This document shows, piece after piece, positions 9,813 to 19,283 of a stretch of DNA of 58,122 nt. Location: NCBI GenBank assembly GCA_001803415.1, contig MHDC01000023.1, forward strand, positions 1-58,122. The letters are read 5' to 3'. The notes under the pieces were generated by a model, which was not told where the DNA came from, did not search any database, and worked only from the letters and a program-made list of their open reading frames with translations. The stretch's first letter is position 1, and the number at the start of each line of letters is the position of its first letter. The DNA is from Microgenomates group bacterium RBG_16_45_19 (GTDB lineage: Bacteria; Patescibacteriota; Microgenomatia; UBA1400; RBG-16-45-19). The position numbers and the translations under genes are program-made.

Positions 9813-10720
9813 GACAGTCTTCTAATCACGCGGCGTACATGCGGTTGATTGGCTGGACGGTAGAAGAAAAGAATGGGTTAAAAGCCTATGCTCGGAAATT
9901 ACCGCTGCTGCCAGTGGGGGTAATAAAGATTCAGCGGGTGCCTGTCAAACAATTAAATCGCGAATGGATCGAAGGATTGGTTAAAAAACACCGGGCGGTA
10001 GCTTGTCATATAGAGATAGATGAGAGGGTAAGAGCGGGAGTGAACCAAGCTAGTCCAACAACCGAGTTCGCCAAAAGACTTGAACCGGTAATCAAGACCA
10101 TGAAAGCGTGGGGATATAAACCGGAAAAACTGGGGATGTTGGCGTCCAAAACCCAAGTGATCGACTTAAAGCTAAGTCAGGCTAAGCTCTTAAAACAAAT
10201 GAAAAGTAAAACCCGTTATAACTTGGGTTTAGCCCAAAGACGGGGACTAACCGCGAGAGTAGTAAATGGACAGGAATTATTAGTCAATGAGGGTTGGCTG
10301 GTGGATTTTTTGAAACTAATCCGCGATAATTACCGACGGGTGAATTTCTGGGGAGGGACTGAAAGTTGGCTTAAGGCTCACTTAAAAGCGTTTGGGAAAG
10401 AGGCTTACCTGGTGATGGTCGATGGCGAAGACCAGTTGGTGGCAGCGGCCTTATTTATGACCGCCGACGGGATTAGTTATTATTCACATAACGGATCGAC
10501 GGCGGTTGGCCGACGATTGATGGGGCCAACTTTGGCGGTCTGGACGGGCATGGTGGAAGCCAAACGGCGCCGGTTGCAGACTTTGGATTTTGATGGCGTT
10601 TATGACGAACGTTTTCCGGTGAAACGGTGGCTAGGGTATACCCGGTTTAAAGCTGGCTTTGGCGGCGACTATGTCTGGTACCCCCCAGCCTTGGTCAAAT
10701 GGCTCCCCGGTATCTTTTAG
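9800..10720 (+). CDS. Second FemAB/FemX-family ligase
   Basis: KTRYNLGLA, LDFDG, FKAGFGG; overlaps the upstream paralog by 13 nt. Confidence 0.8.
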   Translation: MAELRQSSNHAAYMRLIGWTVEEKNGLKAYARKLPLLPVGVIKIQRVPVKQLNREWIEGLVKKHRAVACHIEIDERVRAGVNQASPTTEFAKRLEPVIKTMKAWGYKPEKLGMLASKTQVIDLKLSQAKLLKQMKSKTRYNLGLAQRRGLTARVVNGQELLVNEGWLVDFLKLIRDNYRRVNFWGGTESWLKAHLKAFGKEAYLVMVDGEDQLVAAALFMTADGISYYSHNGSTAVGRRLMGPTLAVWTGMVEAKRRRLQTLDFDGVYDERFPVKRWLGYTRFKAGFGGDYVWYPPALVKWLPGIF

Positions 10721-10721
10721 C

Positions 10722-10749
10722 TTGACAGAGAAGAGCAAACTGGCATAAT
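10722..10749 (+). promoter_or_regulatory. Sigma70-type promoter for the ABC operon
   Basis: TTGACA (10722-10727), 16 bp, TG-n-CATAAT (-10 at 10744-10749), 9 nt before ATG 10759. Confidence 0.6.
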
Positions 10750-10758
10750 GGTTTAGTT

Positions 10759-11673
10759 ATGATTCGGCTTAATAAGATTGGCAAGAAGTTTGGTCAAATC
10801 ACGGCGGTGGCAGAGGTAAGTTTAGCCATTGAACGGGGAGAAATTGTGGGTTTACTCGGGCCGAACGGGGCCGGAAAGACCACCACTTTGAGAGTGATCG
10901 CCGGGGTTTTGCCTCCGTCTAAAGGTCAAGTGACCATTGACGGTAAGAATTTTTTTGATAATGAGCAAGAGTTGAAAGCGCGCATTGGTTATCTACCGGA
11001 GAACAATCCGCTGTACGATGAATTGACCGTCGAGGAGCATTTACGCTTTTTTGCCAGCTTGAAGGGTTTGAAAGGCCAAGAACGAGCCGAGGCTTTAGCC
11101 TTTGCGGTCAAAAAAACGGGGATTGCCGAAGTTTATTATCGAGTGATCGGTGAGTTATCGAAAGGCTACCGGCAACGGGTCGGCCTGGCCCAAGCCATTT
11201 TGAGCCGACCGGATATCCTGTTACTGGACGAACCGACGGAAGGTTTGGACCCGAACCAACGCCGCGACATTCAACACTTATTGACCAATTTAGGCCGGGA
11301 GCGAACGGTCATCGTCAGCTCCCACGTGTTAAGTGAGATAAACAAACTAGCCAACCGGATGGTAATTATCTCTCAAGGAAAAGTGGTCGGTGACGACACC
11401 CCAGCCAATTTGACCAAAGCCAAAAGCGGCCAACAGCGAGTCGAGGTAGAAATGGTGGGGACTGACGTCAAGACAGCCCTTGAAGCTTTAGCTAAGGGGA
11501 TCAAGGTCAGCAAAACCGGCACCAATCGGTATCAAGTGGATATGGCCGGAGGGAAAGATATCCGGCCGGAGATTTTCCGTTTGGCCGTGAAGAAAAAGTG
11601 GCTATTACTAACGATGAAGCAAAGCGAACGTCAATTGGAAGACGTCTTTGCCGAATTGACGGAGATGGAGTAA
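10759..11673 (+). CDS. ABC transporter ATP-binding protein (GldA-like)
   Basis: Walker A GPNGAGKT, signature LSKGYRQR, Walker B LLLDEPT, SSH switch. Confidence 0.95.
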   Translation: MIRLNKIGKKFGQITAVAEVSLAIERGEIVGLLGPNGAGKTTTLRVIAGVLPPSKGQVTIDGKNFFDNEQELKARIGYLPENNPLYDELTVEEHLRFFASLKGLKGQERAEALAFAVKKTGIAEVYYRVIGELSKGYRQRVGLAQAILSRPDILLLDEPTEGLDPNQRRDIQHLLTNLGRERTVIVSSHVLSEINKLANRMVIISQGKVVGDDTPANLTKAKSGQQRVEVEMVGTDVKTALEALAKGIKVSKTGTNRYQVDMAGGKDIRPEIFRLAVKKKWLLLTMKQSERQLEDVFAELTEME

Positions 11674-11680
11674 AGCCTTT

Positions 11681-13897
11681 ATGAAAGGCAAATTTGGGAC
11701 ACTGGCTAAAAAAGAGTTAATGACTTACATCAATGCGCCGCTGGCCTATTTGATTCTGGTGCCGTTTACCCTGATTGCCAGTTTCCTGTTCTTTAGATCG
11801 GCCTTGATGTTGGGTGATGCCAACCTGAGGCCGTTTATCGAACTGTTGCCCTGGTTCTTGGTGGTGATTGCCCCGGCACTGGCGATGCGGGTCTTTAGCG
11901 ACGAACAGCGGAAACAGACGATCGAACTTCTTTTTGCCCACCCGGTTTCCGAATGGACGGTAGTGTTAGCCAAATTCACCGGTTTATTAATGTTTTTTGT
12001 CATTTTCCTGTTATCGACAATTGCCTTACCGATCACCTTAATTTTCTTCGGTAAACCGGATGCCGGTTTAATGATGAGTCAATACTTGGGAGCGTTAGCC
12101 ATCGGAGCGGCCTTTTTGGCTATCGGGATGGCGACTTCGGCTTATATTGCCTCGGCAGTGGGGGCATTTTTGGTTGGGGCAGCCATCAGTTTCGGCTTGA
12201 TCCTGTTGGGCTTGAATTTTGTGGTCTTAATGGTACCGGGATTGGCCGGCCGAGTCTTAGCAGAAATGACCATCTTGCCGCATTTAACCAACATCAGTCG
12301 AGGAGTGTTGGATTTGAGAGACCTGATCTATTTTGCCACCATCACTGGGGTGGCGTTGGCAGCGACGGTCTTAAAATTAGCTGAGCGGAAAGTAGCGGAG
12401 AAACCGGCCGAAAGAGTCAAGCTGTTGGTGACCATGGGCTTGATTCTGGCAGTGGGAGTAGCCAGCAATGTAGTGATGTACGATTATCCCATCCGTTTAG
12501 ATTTAACCGCGAATCAACAATTCAGTCTTAGCCAGGGCAGTAAAACCTTACTCAGAGAGTTGCCCGACCGAGTGACAGTTACTTTATACACCTCACCGAA
12601 TTTACCGGGGCCGATGCAAGCGACGTTAAAAGAAACGAGTGATCGCTTGAAAGATTTCAGCCGCTTGAGCAACCGCTTGATCGTTAAAACAGTCGTAGTC
12701 GATCCAGCCGGGGAAACCGCTCAAGAAGCTAGACAGCAAGGCATCAGGGAAGTGCAATTTAACCAAATCGGCAGCAGCAGTTTTGCGGTGCAAACCGGCT
12801 TTTTGGGTTTAAGTTTGCAATATGGGGACAAGCAGGAAGTCATCGATTTTATTGACGACGCCGGCGGGTTGGAATACCAGTTGAGCCGATTGATTCTAAA
12901 ACTAACCCGAGAGACTCAGACAAAAGTGGGTCTGTTCATGAACACCAGCGACTTTGACTACACCCAAGTTAACCAATTTTTAAGCAACCAATACGAAGTA
13001 GTGACTTTAGCGGAGGCGACGACCGATAAGGATTTGGTGGATTTGAACAGTGTGGTGGTGATTGACGACGGCAGTGAATCGACCAGCACGGCCGCGGCCA
13101 TGATTAAAAGTTACTTCTTAAATGGCGGCAATGGCGTGGTTTTGGCTAATGGCGTGAATATCGACCAACAAAGTTTAGCGGGCACGAAAAGCACGTCAGA
13201 ATTTTTAACCTTATTAAGTGATTGGGGAGTCAGCATCAATCAAGATCTAACTTATGACTTACAGCTGAATGAAGCGATTGCTCTGGGCCAAGGAGCGACC
13301 CGTTATATTCTCCCCTACCCCTTTTGGATCCGAGCCTTGGTTAACGGGGACAATGTGCCATGGCGGAGTGCCGTTAATTCGGCAGTCTTAGGCTGGCCCA
13401 GTTCGTTAACTTTAGGCCAAAAAGACGGGGTGACTCTAAAGCCACTCTTGGCCACCAGTACCGCGGCCAATCAACTGACCGAAGATTTCACCATCGCGCC
13501 CGACCAGGTAAAATCACTGCCGCCGCCATCAGGGCAAGCTTATACTTTAGCGGCGTTGGTGGAAAAAGGTGAGCAGCGGCTCGGGGTAGTGGGGAATACG
13601 ACCTTGGCCAACGACAACTTTTTAGAAAACAGCCGGGAGAATGGAGTGTTTGTGGCCAACTTGATTGACTGGGCCACGGCTGACCCGATTCTGTTAGCCA
13701 TCCCGCAAAAGAGCGGAGGGCGAACGGTGTTTACCTTCACCAGCCCGACACAAGTACAGTTGGTGCAATACCTAAATATTTTAGTACCGCCGGTAATTGT
13801 CATGATCTTGGGCTTTTGGTGGTTGAACCGCCGCAAGCGTTTGAGTTTAAGAGTTTATCACCTAGACAATGAGGTCAAGGGTAAGGCAAAATCATGA
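11681..13897 (+). CDS. ABC-2 permease (GldF-like) fused to a GldG-like periplasmic domain
   Basis: Multi-TM N-terminus with KTIELLFAHP and VLAKF; then RLDLTANQQFSLSQGS and LEYQLSRLI, plus a C-terminal TM. Confidence 0.85.
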   Translation: MKGKFGTLAKKELMTYINAPLAYLILVPFTLIASFLFFRSALMLGDANLRPFIELLPWFLVVIAPALAMRVFSDEQRKQTIELLFAHPVSEWTVVLAKFTGLLMFFVIFLLSTIALPITLIFFGKPDAGLMMSQYLGALAIGAAFLAIGMATSAYIASAVGAFLVGAAISFGLILLGLNFVVLMVPGLAGRVLAEMTILPHLTNISRGVLDLRDLIYFATITGVALAATVLKLAERKVAEKPAERVKLLVTMGLILAVGVASNVVMYDYPIRLDLTANQQFSLSQGSKTLLRELPDRVTVTLYTSPNLPGPMQATLKETSDRLKDFSRLSNRLIVKTVVVDPAGETAQEARQQGIREVQFNQIGSSSFAVQTGFLGLSLQYGDKQEVIDFIDDAGGLEYQLSRLILKLTRETQTKVGLFMNTSDFDYTQVNQFLSNQYEVVTLAEATTDKDLVDLNSVVVIDDGSESTSTAAAMIKSYFLNGGNGVVLANGVNIDQQSLAGTKSTSEFLTLLSDWGVSINQDLTYDLQLNEAIALGQGATRYILPYPFWIRALVNGDNVPWRSAVNSAVLGWPSSLTLGQKDGVTLKPLLATSTAANQLTEDFTIAPDQVKSLPPPSGQAYTLAALVEKGEQRLGVVGNTTLANDNFLENSRENGVFVANLIDWATADPILLAIPQKSGGRTVFTFTSPTQVQLVQYLNILVPPVIVMILGFWWLNRRKRLSLRVYHLDNEVKGKAKS

Positions 13898-14817
13898 AAG
13901 GGAATAAGGTCATCGCCAGCCTGCTGTTGGTATTGTTTGTGATGATCGGCTTTCTGGTGATCAGGGAATACACCAAACCGGTGGACGTAAGCCTGACGGC
14001 TTTTAAGCAATTGAGCCAAAACTGGGCTAAGGAGAGCGTGAACCAGGTTAATCTGGCTACGGGTGCAGAGACAGTCACTTTAAACAAAACCGGGACGGAC
14101 TGGAGAATCGGTGAGTACGCCGCCGACAGCCAAAGCGTCAATGACTTAATCACTCAACTCCTGGAACCCGAAAAAGTGGAGTTGATCGCCGAGACCAACG
14201 CCAGACACCAAGATTTGGGAGTGGATGAAGCCCAGGCAGTAGCCGTAACCCTGACGGCCGGGGAGCAAAGCTTAACTTTTTTAATCGGCAAGCCGCTGGC
14301 TGAGGGTTACTATGTCCGAGGCGCTAAGAATGATAGCGTTTATTTAATTAATAACTTACCTGTTAAAAGTACCCAGGCAACCCAAAATGATTGGGTGGAT
14401 AAGGTTGTCAGCCGCGTTGATGAAGCTCAGATTAAGAAGCTGACGATCACCCAAGGCGGTGGCGCCAAGCTGAGTTTACTGTTTAGCGGGGGCGATTGGT
14501 TTAAAGAAGGCAGCGAACAAGCGTTGGATCGCGAACCCCTAGCCCCCCTCTTAAATGCTTTAGCGGCGTTAACGGCTCAAGGTTTGGTAGCGGACGACAC
14601 CAAGGTCACGGCCAAACTGAGTCGGACGATCACTATCGAGACCGACAGCGGGACCAAGGAATTGACTTTCTACCCGGTAGATAAAGAGACCTATGCCGTC
14701 CAGAGCAATGAACGACCGGGTAAATATAGTTTAAGTCAAGGTCTGTATGAGACGCTGTCATTGGCCGAGGCCGACTTGAAGCCAAAGCCGGCGACAAGTG
14801 TAACTAGTGCGCCTTAA
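13894..14817 (+). CDS. DUF4340-like exported accessory protein of the GldAFG-type module
   Basis: N-terminal anchor; WRIGEYAAD, FLIGK, YYVR; overlaps the permease stop. Confidence 0.7.
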   Translation: MKGNKVIASLLLVLFVMIGFLVIREYTKPVDVSLTAFKQLSQNWAKESVNQVNLATGAETVTLNKTGTDWRIGEYAADSQSVNDLITQLLEPEKVELIAETNARHQDLGVDEAQAVAVTLTAGEQSLTFLIGKPLAEGYYVRGAKNDSVYLINNLPVKSTQATQNDWVDKVVSRVDEAQIKKLTITQGGGAKLSLLFSGGDWFKEGSEQALDREPLAPLLNALAALTAQGLVADDTKVTAKLSRTITIETDSGTKELTFYPVDKETYAVQSNERPGKYSLSQGLYETLSLAEADLKPKPATSVTSAP

Positions 14818-14841
14818 AGATCAAGTATAATTCTCACTAGG

Positions 14842-15885
14842 ATGAAAACGTGGCAGAGATTGAAGCAAGAGCCTGGATTGTGGCCGCAGTACCGGTTACG
14901 GGAACAGGTCCTGGAGACCATCAGGCAATTTTTCAAACAACGAGGGTTTCATGAAGTGCAAACACCGCTGTTGCTGCCGATTCCCGGAGCCGAACCGAAT
15001 TTAGAAGTGTTTGAAACAGAGTTACGGACCGCGACCGGGAAGAAACGCCGAGCTTTTTTAGCCATGAGCCCTGAATATGCCATTAAAAAACTGCTGGCGG
15101 CCGGAGGGGGTAATTGTTTTGAAATTACCCGGTCATTTAGAAATGAGGAGGAAGTGGCGGTGGGGCACTCCGCTGAGTTTACGATTTTAGAGTGGTACCA
15201 CACCGGAGTTGATTACCTAACCATCATGGAAACTGCGGAAGCGTTAATCACGACAGTGATTAAGCTAAGACAACCGAATTTAAAGGCATGGCAATATCAG
15301 GGCAAATACTATGACTTAACCTGTCCATGGCCACGGTATACCGTCGCTTCGGTCTTTGATAAATATGCCGGGATCGCAATCGAGACGTTGGTCTCGGAGT
15401 CGGAGCTGGTGGAGGCTACGGCTAAAAAAGGTTATCAAGTGGAGAAGCAGACCACTTGGGAGCAGGCTTTCTACCAAATTTATTTTAATGAAGTCGAACC
15501 GAAACTTAAGGCTTTATCACGGCCGTATTTTTTGGTTGATTACCCGGTCCAGCAAGCGGCTTTGGCCCGGAAAAAAGCCGATGACCCCCGCTCGGCCGAG
15601 CGCTTCGAAGTCTTTGTAGCCGGAGTGGAGCTGGGCAACTGTTTTTCGGAACTGACCGATTGGCAAGAACAAGCACAGCGGTTTAAGGCAGATCTAAAAC
15701 AGCGGCAGCATGCCGGTAAAACCCTTTACCCCATGGATGTGGATTTGATTGAAGCCTTAAAAAGCGGCTTGCCGGAAACGGCCGGGATGGCTGTGGGCGT
15801 AGACCGGTTGATCATGCTAGCCGGGGACTTGCCGACCGTCGCCGAAACCTTATTCTTTCCCACCAAAGAGCTGTTTGACCTTTAA
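14842..15885 (+). CDS. epmA: EF-P lysine aminoacylase (class II LysRS paralog)
   Basis: FHEVQTP, SPEYAIKKLLA, FRNEE, EFTILEWY, ERFE...ELGNCFSEL, GVDRLIM; no anticodon domain; next to efp. Confidence 0.92.
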   Translation: MKTWQRLKQEPGLWPQYRLREQVLETIRQFFKQRGFHEVQTPLLLPIPGAEPNLEVFETELRTATGKKRRAFLAMSPEYAIKKLLAAGGGNCFEITRSFRNEEEVAVGHSAEFTILEWYHTGVDYLTIMETAEALITTVIKLRQPNLKAWQYQGKYYDLTCPWPRYTVASVFDKYAGIAIETLVSESELVEATAKKGYQVEKQTTWEQAFYQIYFNEVEPKLKALSRPYFLVDYPVQQAALARKKADDPRSAERFEVFVAGVELGNCFSELTDWQEQAQRFKADLKQRQHAGKTLYPMDVDLIEALKSGLPETAGMAVGVDRLIMLAGDLPTVAETLFFPTKELFDL

Positions 15886-15912
15886 GTTGAGGCAGAGGTA
15901 GAATACCGCGGT

Positions 15913-16479
15913 ATGGCTCAAATCAAGGCCGGCAATATTGCTAAGGGCATGTTTATTATTTATAAACAGGCGCCCCACCAGGTGATGAAAACGGAATTCA
16001 TGAATCCCGGGAAAGGGTCGGCGATCATGCGGACCAAATTGAAAAACGTGGCCACGGGGACGGTCAGCGAGTTTACTTTTAAGACCAATGAATTTGTGGA
16101 AGAAGCGGAAGTGGACAAGTCGGAACGGCAGTTTTTATACCAGGATGGCGGGGACTTTGTCTTTATGGATCCGAGAAATTACGAGCAGGTGAGTGTCCCG
16201 GGGCGATTACTCGCCGGTAAAGAGAAACTGCTAACCACCAATTTGGCCGCCATCATCTTGATTTTGGATGATCAACCGATCGGCGTCAGACTACCGCCGA
16301 ATGTGGTTTTAAAAGTGATTGAAGCCCATGAGGCCGTGGCCGGCAACCGGATCAACGCCCCCAAAAAACCGGTAATCATGGAAACGGGTTTAGAGATCCA
16401 AGCCCCCCTATTTATCAAGACGGGTGATAAATTAAGCATTGATACCGACACGGGTGAGTATTTGGCCCGAGTGAATTAA
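15913..16479 (+). CDS. efp: Elongation factor P
   Basis: PGKG loop, FLYQDG, FMDPRNYEQ, ETGLEIQAPLFIKTGD, TGEYLAR. Confidence 0.97.
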   Translation: MAQIKAGNIAKGMFIIYKQAPHQVMKTEFMNPGKGSAIMRTKLKNVATGTVSEFTFKTNEFVEEAEVDKSERQFLYQDGGDFVFMDPRNYEQVSVPGRLLAGKEKLLTTNLAAIILILDDQPIGVRLPPNVVLKVIEAHEAVAGNRINAPKKPVIMETGLEIQAPLFIKTGDKLSIDTDTGEYLARVN

Positions 16480-16504
16480 GGTTTCTCCTTTAGAATAGAA
16501 GCAT

Positions 16505-17659
16505 ATGAGCGTGGCGAGAAATATTAAACTACTGGCGTGGCACAACTTTTTTACCGATTTCAAGTTGTATGCGCCGGTAGCCATCTTGTATTTTGCCCAA
16601 GTCTCCGGGTCTTACGCTTTGGGGATGAGCGTGTTCTCGTTGGCCATGCTGACGCAAGCGGTATTAGAAATACCCACCGGCGTCTTTTCCGACTTGATTG
16701 GGAGGAAGCGGACAGTAATCTGCGGGTCAGCGGCGATAACTTTGGGTACCATCAGTTACGCGATTGGGGGTAATTACGGATGGTTGATGGTGGGGGCATG
16801 TTTAGAAGGAATATCCAGAGCGTTTTATAGCGGCAATAACGACGCCCTGTTGCACGACACGGTGACGGAGATAGGACAGAGCGAAACTTACGCGGAAAAG
16901 CTGGGGAAATTGAGCTCACTGTTCCAAGTGGCCGCGGCCGGAGCGGCCATTTTGGGGAGCGTTATCGCCAACTGGTCGTTTACCTGGGTGATGTGGCTAT
17001 CGGTCTTGCCGCAAGCGGCTTGCCTGGTGATCAGCTTAAACCTAATTGAACCGCAGCGCCGGAATGAGGAGACGAGCCAACCGTACCGGCACATCCGGGA
17101 AGCGGTCAAGTTATTCTTCAAAAATTCCCGACTGAGATCGTTAAGTCTCGCTAACATGCTGGGAGCGAGTGCGGGCGAGGCCATATTTCAATTTAACGCT
17201 ACCTTTATCGCCACGCTCTGGCCGATTTGGGCGATTGGGGTGGCTAAATCGTTATCAAATGCCGGAGCGGCCATTAGCTTTTACACCGCCGGGCGGATGA
17301 TTAAGCGCTTTAAGGCTTTGCCGATTATGATTGGCGCCAGAATATATGGCCGAGTGGTGTCGCTGATAGCCTACGGCCTACCGACAATCATCTCCCCCAT
17401 TCTCCTGGCTTCACACTCTTTGCTCTTTGGAACGATTACCGTGGCCGACAGCCAATTGAAACAAAAAGAGTATACCCAGAAACAACGAGCGACCATGGCT
17501 TCCCTTGATTCCTTGCTGGTTAGTTTAGCGGTGGCGGTGATGACGGTATTAATCGGCTGGCTGGCGGATTTAACTTCACCGGCTCGAGCATTGATTTACA
17601 TGCAAGGGTTTCAATTGATTCCCATCCTGATTTACTGGCGGTTATGGCGGAAACGGTAA
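16505..17659 (+). CDS. MFS transporter
   Basis: About 12 hydrophobic segments; motif A EIPTGVFSDLIGRK; QRATMAS. Confidence 0.9.
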   Translation: MSVARNIKLLAWHNFFTDFKLYAPVAILYFAQVSGSYALGMSVFSLAMLTQAVLEIPTGVFSDLIGRKRTVICGSAAITLGTISYAIGGNYGWLMVGACLEGISRAFYSGNNDALLHDTVTEIGQSETYAEKLGKLSSLFQVAAAGAAILGSVIANWSFTWVMWLSVLPQAACLVISLNLIEPQRRNEETSQPYRHIREAVKLFFKNSRLRSLSLANMLGASAGEAIFQFNATFIATLWPIWAIGVAKSLSNAGAAISFYTAGRMIKRFKALPIMIGARIYGRVVSLIAYGLPTIISPILLASHSLLFGTITVADSQLKQKEYTQKQRATMASLDSLLVSLAVAVMTVLIGWLADLTSPARALIYMQGFQLIPILIYWRLWRKR

Positions 17660-17698
17660 AACTTGATACAATGCGGGTAGATTAGTAGAGGAGAGGGG

Positions 17699-17959
17699 GT
17701 GAGGGTCATGGCAGATGAAGGTAAAAAAGCCGGCGTGGTGACCCACTATTACACTCACTTGAGTGTGGGGACGGTAAAGCTGGAAGCGGCCGTGAAGAAA
17801 GGCGATAAGCTCAAATTTAAAGGCGCGACCACCGACTTTGAGCAAACCCTGGATGACATGCAACTGAATCATCAGTTTGTGGACCAAGCCGATGCCGGTC
17901 AAGAAATCGGAATTAAAGTCAAAGACAAAGTCCGGGACGGGGACGTGATGTTTCTCTAG
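17699..17959 (+). CDS. Small beta-barrel protein (EF-Tu domain II / peptidase U32 C-terminal-like)
   Basis: GVVTHYYTHLSVG, LKKGD-like VKKGD, GQEIGIKV, KVRDGD. Confidence 0.7.
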   Translation: MRVMADEGKKAGVVTHYYTHLSVGTVKLEAAVKKGDKLKFKGATTDFEQTLDDMQLNHQFVDQADAGQEIGIKVKDKVRDGDVMFL

Positions 17960-17981
17960 TCCTAGTTAATAAATCTGCCTG

Positions 17982-18236
17982 ATGAAAGCAAAAAGTGAGG
18001 GGGGTATGTCGTGGTTTTATCGGTCGGGGAAAGAGGTAGCCTTTGCTGGAGGTGAGTTAAATACTCGGAATTCCACGGATTGGTGGGCGCTGGCGCTACA
18101 TGATAGAGTTGAGACTCTGTTTAATTTGGCAAACGAGTTAGGACAACAAGGGCGTATCGAAGAAGCTCATCAGGCAGAGGTAGATGCACTAGAACTTTCC
18201 AGAGAATTGTCTAAGTTAACTCTAGGGAGGTTTTAG
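17982..18236 (+). CDS. Hypothetical protein, 84 aa
   Basis: ORF fills the space after the preceding gene; amphipathic helices; no family recognised. Confidence 0.45.
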   Translation: MKAKSEGGMSWFYRSGKEVAFAGGELNTRNSTDWWALALHDRVETLFNLANELGQQGRIEEAHQAEVDALELSRELSKLTLGRF

Positions 18237-18244
18237 TGACGAGA

Positions 18245-18267
18245 TTACGAGATCCAGGATCTCGTAA
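18245..18267. repeat. Perfect 11-bp-arm palindrome
   Basis: TTACGAGATCC-A-GGATCTCGTAA. Confidence 0.9.
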
Positions 18268-18358
18268 CCAATTCTTGTTGGGTGTTTGTCTCGGTGAGTA
18301 ATATTAATATTTCCGGGTGAGCGTCTTCAGAATAATCGTTTAAAAAACTGTAAGTCAT
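18245..18358 (-). pseudogene. ltaE: 5' remnant of low-specificity L-threonine aldolase (37 codons)
   Basis: Own translation MTYSFLNDYSEDAHPEILILLTETNTQQELVTRSWIS* matches the SFxNDYSEGAHPxIL N-terminus of this family; starts 12 nt after the HAD gene stop. Confidence 0.75.
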
Positions 18359-18370
18359 AATCTGATGATA

Positions 18371-19252
18371 TTATAGTTGGAAGTAATCAAAAATGTGTAA
18401 GACGCCGTTATCATCAACAGATTTACCAATACAGTAGCGATCTCTTTCCTTGGTCTTAATCAAAGCTTTTAATTCGGCTGAGGCATTGCCCATGGCCCCG
18501 GCAAAGGCACAATTTTCGATAAATTGCCAATCGCTGGTGCTGTCACCGATGCCTAACATATGACTCGGAATAATATTTAAACTATGGGCAATTTCTTGAG
18601 CGGCTTCTTTTTTGGAGATATGTTTGGTGGTGATAATCCCAAATTGACGAGGTAGGGCAATGGGATGAATACCCCAACTAAGAGTTAAATAATCCGTGTA
18701 CTTTGAAAATACTTGGTTTATCTTTTCTTTACCGGCTTTATTGGGAGCAATGGGCATGATTTTGACAACTTCGAGTTGATGTGATGTCTGGCTTAATGAG
18801 TCAGCGAATATAGGTGGCTGTTGCAGAATGTGGGTGTGGATAGTGGTGGTATCATTTTGCTGAGAGGTTTGGAGATAGTAATTATCCGGAGTATAAAACT
18901 CAGTATATATTCCCTCTTCTATAAAACGCTTGAGAATTTTGGTGGCAATATCTTTCCCAATAACGTGCTTTTTGACGATTTGTTGATTGATGGAGTCAAT
19001 CAAAACCGCGCCGCCGTCGGTGATATGAGGATTAGTTAAGTGTGAAGTATTGATAATATCCTTAATAGCGTAGTGGGGTTTGGCAGTACACAGGCTGATA
19101 TGAACACCGTTTTTCTTGATGTTTTTAAGCCTTAAAAGAACATCGGGATGGGGATGGGGTGAGTTGTAACCAATTTTCTCACCAACAATGACGCCGTCGA
19201 CATCAAGAATAAGGAGCCGGATTTGATTTGGATTATAATTTTTCCTGGGCAT
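18371..19252 (-). CDS. HAD-superfamily hydrolase, Cof/IIB-like
   Basis: LLILDVDGV, LCTAK, ISKKEA, GIGDSTSD, AMGNA. Confidence 0.88.
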   Translation of the reverse strand: MPRKNYNPNQIRLLILDVDGVIVGEKIGYNSPHPHPDVLLRLKNIKKNGVHISLCTAKPHYAIKDIINTSHLTNPHITDGGAVLIDSINQQIVKKHVIGKDIATKILKRFIEEGIYTEFYTPDNYYLQTSQQNDTTTIHTHILQQPPIFADSLSQTSHQLEVVKIMPIAPNKAGKEKINQVFSKYTDYLTLSWGIHPIALPRQFGIITTKHISKKEAAQEIAHSLNIIPSHMLGIGDSTSDWQFIENCAFAGAMGNASAELKALIKTKERDRYCIGKSVDDNGVLHIFDYFQL

Positions 19253-19283
19253 AAAAGAGAGTTTCGGGGTGTTGGAAGTTTAC

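Noticed and set aside
10759-13897. Gliding motility
   Set aside because: GldA/F/G-like ABC modules are widespread in non-gliding bacteria; no motor genes are present here.
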